A DNA stretch of 64,000 nucleotides from Bacilli bacterium (GTDB lineage: Bacteria > Bacillota_I > Bacilli_A > RF39 > UBA660): NCBI GenBank assembly GCA_017428495.1, contig JAFRQS010000023.1:670-64669 (forward strand), in the 5' to 3' direction. Both the position numbers and the translations under genes were made by a program. Positions within the stretch are counted from its first letter, which is position 1. Each line of letters begins with the position of its first letter. Of this stretch, positions 60,946-64,000 are shown piece by piece. A model generated the notes under the pieces. It worked only from the letters and a program-made list of their open reading frames with translations, searched no databases and was not told the DNA's origin.

Positions 60946-61938
60946 ATGAAAAAAATAATAAGCATTTGTGCTATTTTGATGTTACTTACTGGATGTGGTA
61001 AAACCACAAAGAAGGATATATTGAAAGATATAAATAAAAAAATTAATTCTATGGATTCATATTATTTAGAAGGAGACATGGAAATAATTAATAATGAAGA
61101 TGTATATAAATATGATATTAAAGTATCATATAAAGCAAAAGACTTTTACAAGGTAAGCTTAGAAAATGAATCAAATGGTCATGAGCAAATAATATTAAAA
61201 AATAATGAAGGTGTATTTGTACTTACTCCATCATTAAATAAAAGTTTTAAATTTGAAAGTGAGTGGCCATATAGTAATTCTCAAGTTTATTTATTAGGTT
61301 CTATATTAAAAGATATGAAGAATGATAAATCATTAGAATTTAAAGAAGAAAATGGTAGTTATGTATTTACGTCTAAAGTAAATTATCCAAATAATAGAAT
61401 TTTAATTAAACAAAATATATATTTTGATAAAAGTTTAAACTTAGAAAAAGTAGATGTTTTAAATGAAAATGGAAATGCTGAAATAAAAATGATATTTAAG
61501 AAAATAGATACTAATCCTAAGTTTAATGATGAATATTTTTCATTAAATAAAAATATAGAGGTTTCTAAAATAGATGAAAGTATAAAATCTGTAACTAAAA
61601 TAGATGATGCTGTCTTTCCTATGTATTTACCAGATAATACAACTTTAAAATCTAAAGATACTATAGCAAAGAATGATGGTGAAAGAATAATACTTACATT
61701 TGCAGGGGATAAGCCATTTGTTTTGGTAGAAGAAACAATAAGTATACCTGATGAAGTAGAAATAATTCCTACAGTAGGTGAACCAACAATGTTAATGGAT
61801 ACAATAGGTTTTTTATCTGAGGATTCAGTGTCTTGGATAAGTAATGGTATGCAATATTATATTACATCTAAAAAATTATCAGAAGAAGAAATGCTATCTG
61901 TAGCTAAGTCAATAAGCACAATACCAGTTATGAAATAG
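60946..61938 (+). CDS. YdcC-like sporulation lipoprotein (LolA-like fold, DUF4367 C-terminus)
   Basis: Lipobox LTGC; EQIILKNNEGVFVLTPSLNKSFKFESEWP closely matches my recollection of B. subtilis YdcC. Confidence 0.85.
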   Translation: MKKIISICAILMLLTGCGKTTKKDILKDINKKINSMDSYYLEGDMEIINNEDVYKYDIKVSYKAKDFYKVSLENESNGHEQIILKNNEGVFVLTPSLNKSFKFESEWPYSNSQVYLLGSILKDMKNDKSLEFKEENGSYVFTSKVNYPNNRILIKQNIYFDKSLNLEKVDVLNENGNAEIKMIFKKIDTNPKFNDEYFSLNKNIEVSKIDESIKSVTKIDDAVFPMYLPDNTTLKSKDTIAKNDGERIILTFAGDKPFVLVEETISIPDEVEIIPTVGEPTMLMDTIGFLSEDSVSWISNGMQYYITSKKLSEEEMLSVAKSISTIPVMK

Positions 61939-61986
61939 ATATTGCTTCTATTTCTTTTTTGTTTTATAATTAGTTTGGTGATTGAA

Positions 61987-62505
61987 ATGGCAAATAGAGC
62001 GCAAAGAAGAAAAACAAAGAAAAATTATGATGATGATTTTACCCAAAGTACTAAAACAACAATTATTATTATAGGTGTGGTTTTAGTTGTAATTTTGCTA
62101 TTTTATTTATTAACAGTAGCAATAAATAATAAGAATAGGAAATTGAATACAACTGAAAAGGAAAAGACTGAAGCAACAATACAATATAAAGAAATACTAG
62201 CAGATAGTACTTTCGTTATGTTTCCTCATGAATATTATGTTTTATTCTATGATTTTGATGGACCTGAAGCAGTATATTTAGATTATTTATTTGATACATA
62301 TGCATCTTTAGAAAACAAATATATATATAAAGTTGATTTAGGTAATGGTTTCAATAAAAAATTTGTTAGTAATGAAACTAATAGCAAAGCTTCAAAAGCT
62401 TCAGAACTAAAAGTTAAGGACGCTACATTGATGAAAGTTCAAGAAGGAAAGAATGTATTATATGTAGAGGGGTCATCACAAGTAATTGCTAATTCGTTAA
62501 AATAA
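61987..62505 (+). CDS. Hypothetical membrane-anchored protein (possible thioredoxin-like fold without CxxC)
   Basis: Basic N-terminus, one TM, then YYVLFYD...YKVDL...TLMKVQEGK. Confidence 0.6.
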   Translation: MANRAQRRKTKKNYDDDFTQSTKTTIIIIGVVLVVILLFYLLTVAINNKNRKLNTTEKEKTEATIQYKEILADSTFVMFPHEYYVLFYDFDGPEAVYLDYLFDTYASLENKYIYKVDLGNGFNKKFVSNETNSKASKASELKVKDATLMKVQEGKNVLYVEGSSQVIANSLK

Positions 62506-62620
62506 TATTAATAGATTGTAAGTTATTTACAATCTTTTATATTTTATTTGAGTAATTATGTAAAAAAATTTAAAACTTTGAATAATTATGATATAATTTA
62601 TTATGATAGAGAGGTGTTGT

Positions 62621-63808
62621 ATGTTTAAGGGCAATGGAAGATTAATAGATATTATACTTGTAGTATTTATTTCTACGTTTATAGGTATGCTTAGTGGTGG
62701 AGTAGCTATGTATTCTATTGATCATAAAATAGATAAGGCATATGATTATAGGCAAGTATCAAAAATAAAAGAAATTGATAATATGTATAATACTATAGTT
62801 AATGAGTATTATGATGAAGTTGATAAAGATAAGTTGGTAGAAGGAGCTGTATCTGGGATGTTGTCTGTACTAGATGAACATACTTCTTATATGAATCAAA
62901 AGGCAGCAAATAATTTTAATAATAAGATAACAGGAGAATATTATGGTGTTGGTCTTGAAGTATTAACATTAAATGATACAGGCATTTTAGTTGTAAATGT
63001 AATTAAAGATTCACCTGCTTATAATGCAGGAATAAAAGCAAATGATATAATAACCAAAGTAAATGATGAAAGCTTGAAGGAAAATGATGCTTCATTCTTT
63101 ACTAGATTGGTATCTAAAAGTAAAGATGAAATTAAATTGTTAGTTTCTAGAGATGGAAGGGAATTAGATTTTAGTATTGTTCCAGAAAAAGTTGTTATTC
63201 CGTCTGTGTCAACAAATATATTTGATACATCAGGTAAAAAGATAGGTTATATAAAGATATCTATATTTGCAGCTAATACGGTTAAACAGTTTTCTGAGAA
63301 ATTGAATAAATTAGAAGAAAATGGTATTGATGCTCTTGTTATAGATGTTAGAGACAATGCAGGAGGATACTTATCTAGTGCTACAAGCATATTAGAATTG
63401 TTTATGAATAAAGGAGATGTTTTGTATAGTACTGAATCAAAAACTTCTACAATTGATAGAAAAGATGAAACAGATGAAAATAGAAATTATAAAGTTGCTG
63501 TGCTAATAAATAATGCTAGTGCATCTGCTTCTGAAATATTGGCTGCTTGTTTTAAAGAAAACAAGAATTCAGAAATTATAGGTGTTACTTCATATGGTAA
63601 GGGTACGGTTCAAGAAACAATAGATGTTTTAGATGGTAGTAAAGCTAAACTTACTACAAAGAAATGGTTGACGCCTAATGGAAATTGGATAAATGAAGTT
63701 GGTATAACTCCTACTATAGTAGCAAAACAATCAGAAGTATATTTAAAGAATCCGACATTTGATAATGATAATCAATTAGAAGTGGCTATTAAATCTTTAT
63801 TAAAATAG
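62621..63808 (+). CDS. S41 carboxy-terminal processing protease with PDZ domain (CtpA/CtpB-like)
   Basis: DVRDNAGGYL, SASASEI and GKGTVQ. Confidence 0.95.
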   Translation: MFKGNGRLIDIILVVFISTFIGMLSGGVAMYSIDHKIDKAYDYRQVSKIKEIDNMYNTIVNEYYDEVDKDKLVEGAVSGMLSVLDEHTSYMNQKAANNFNNKITGEYYGVGLEVLTLNDTGILVVNVIKDSPAYNAGIKANDIITKVNDESLKENDASFFTRLVSKSKDEIKLLVSRDGRELDFSIVPEKVVIPSVSTNIFDTSGKKIGYIKISIFAANTVKQFSEKLNKLEENGIDALVIDVRDNAGGYLSSATSILELFMNKGDVLYSTESKTSTIDRKDETDENRNYKVAVLINNASASASEILAACFKENKNSEIIGVTSYGKGTVQETIDVLDGSKAKLTTKKWLTPNGNWINEVGITPTIVAKQSEVYLKNPTFDNDNQLEVAIKSLLK

Positions 63809-63885
63809 AAAGCAGGTAACTGCTTTTTATTTTATAGGTTTATTTTTTTAAATAAAAAAGTTATAATGTTATTGAGGAGATATTT

Positions 63886-64000
63886 ATGGATAATATAAAA
63901 AAAGGAGATATATTAAAAATTCAATGTTATAAACATAATGGCCAAATATATAGAAACTGGGATGAGACATTAGTCATAGAAGTAAATGATAATTATATTG
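63886..64000 (+). CDS. 3'-partial DUF402 (YgaC/Ntdp-like) protein
   Basis: KIQCYKHNGQIYRNWDE; truncated by the window edge. Confidence 0.85.
   Translation, partial: MDNIKKGDILKIQCYKHNGQIYRNWDETLVIEVNDNYI

Noticed and set aside
1-64000. Recoded genetic code (TGA=Trp), prophage, IS element, rRNA/tRNA, riboswitch
   Set aside because: Conserved Trp positions use TGG and TGA ends genes (sortase, pduL, map); no integrase, transposase, capsid, tRNA cloverleaf or long untranslated leader other than the S10 leader was recognised.

Overview
Very AT-rich chromosomal segment of a low-GC Firmicute (Bacilli). The combination of spo0A and spore genes, PduL, scattered prepilin-like genes, sortase and genetic code 11 suggests an uncultured gut lineage such as RF39 (inference). 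The backbone keeps a Bacillus-like order: dusB-lysS ... clpC ... gltX ... cysS ... S10-spc-alpha ribosomal cluster (rpmD/L30 absent) ... ecfA-ecfA'-ecfT-truA, plus gap, pgk, gpmA, clpP and spo0A. Accessory blocks are interleaved. (i) A 5'-truncated Ig-like/Cys-rich surface protein with an unrecognised 93-aa, 8-Cys tandem domain. (ii) A thioester-domain adhesin on a 35x EEDPVI stalk, overlapping a lipoprotein-type sortase. (iii) Two prepilin-like genes, one heading an apparent pilin-pgk-flippase-GT4 operon. (iv) A five-gene vWA/SBP-XpaC-SBP-TelA-AAA operon. (v) Several orphan proteins flanking the ribosomal cluster. The syntenic ClpC has an intact D1 but a degenerate D2 ATPase. Sigma-G-like promoters precede several spore-associated genes. 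I recognised no rRNA, tRNA, CRISPR array, transposase or phage gene. All family calls are from motif recognition by eye; no database search was run.
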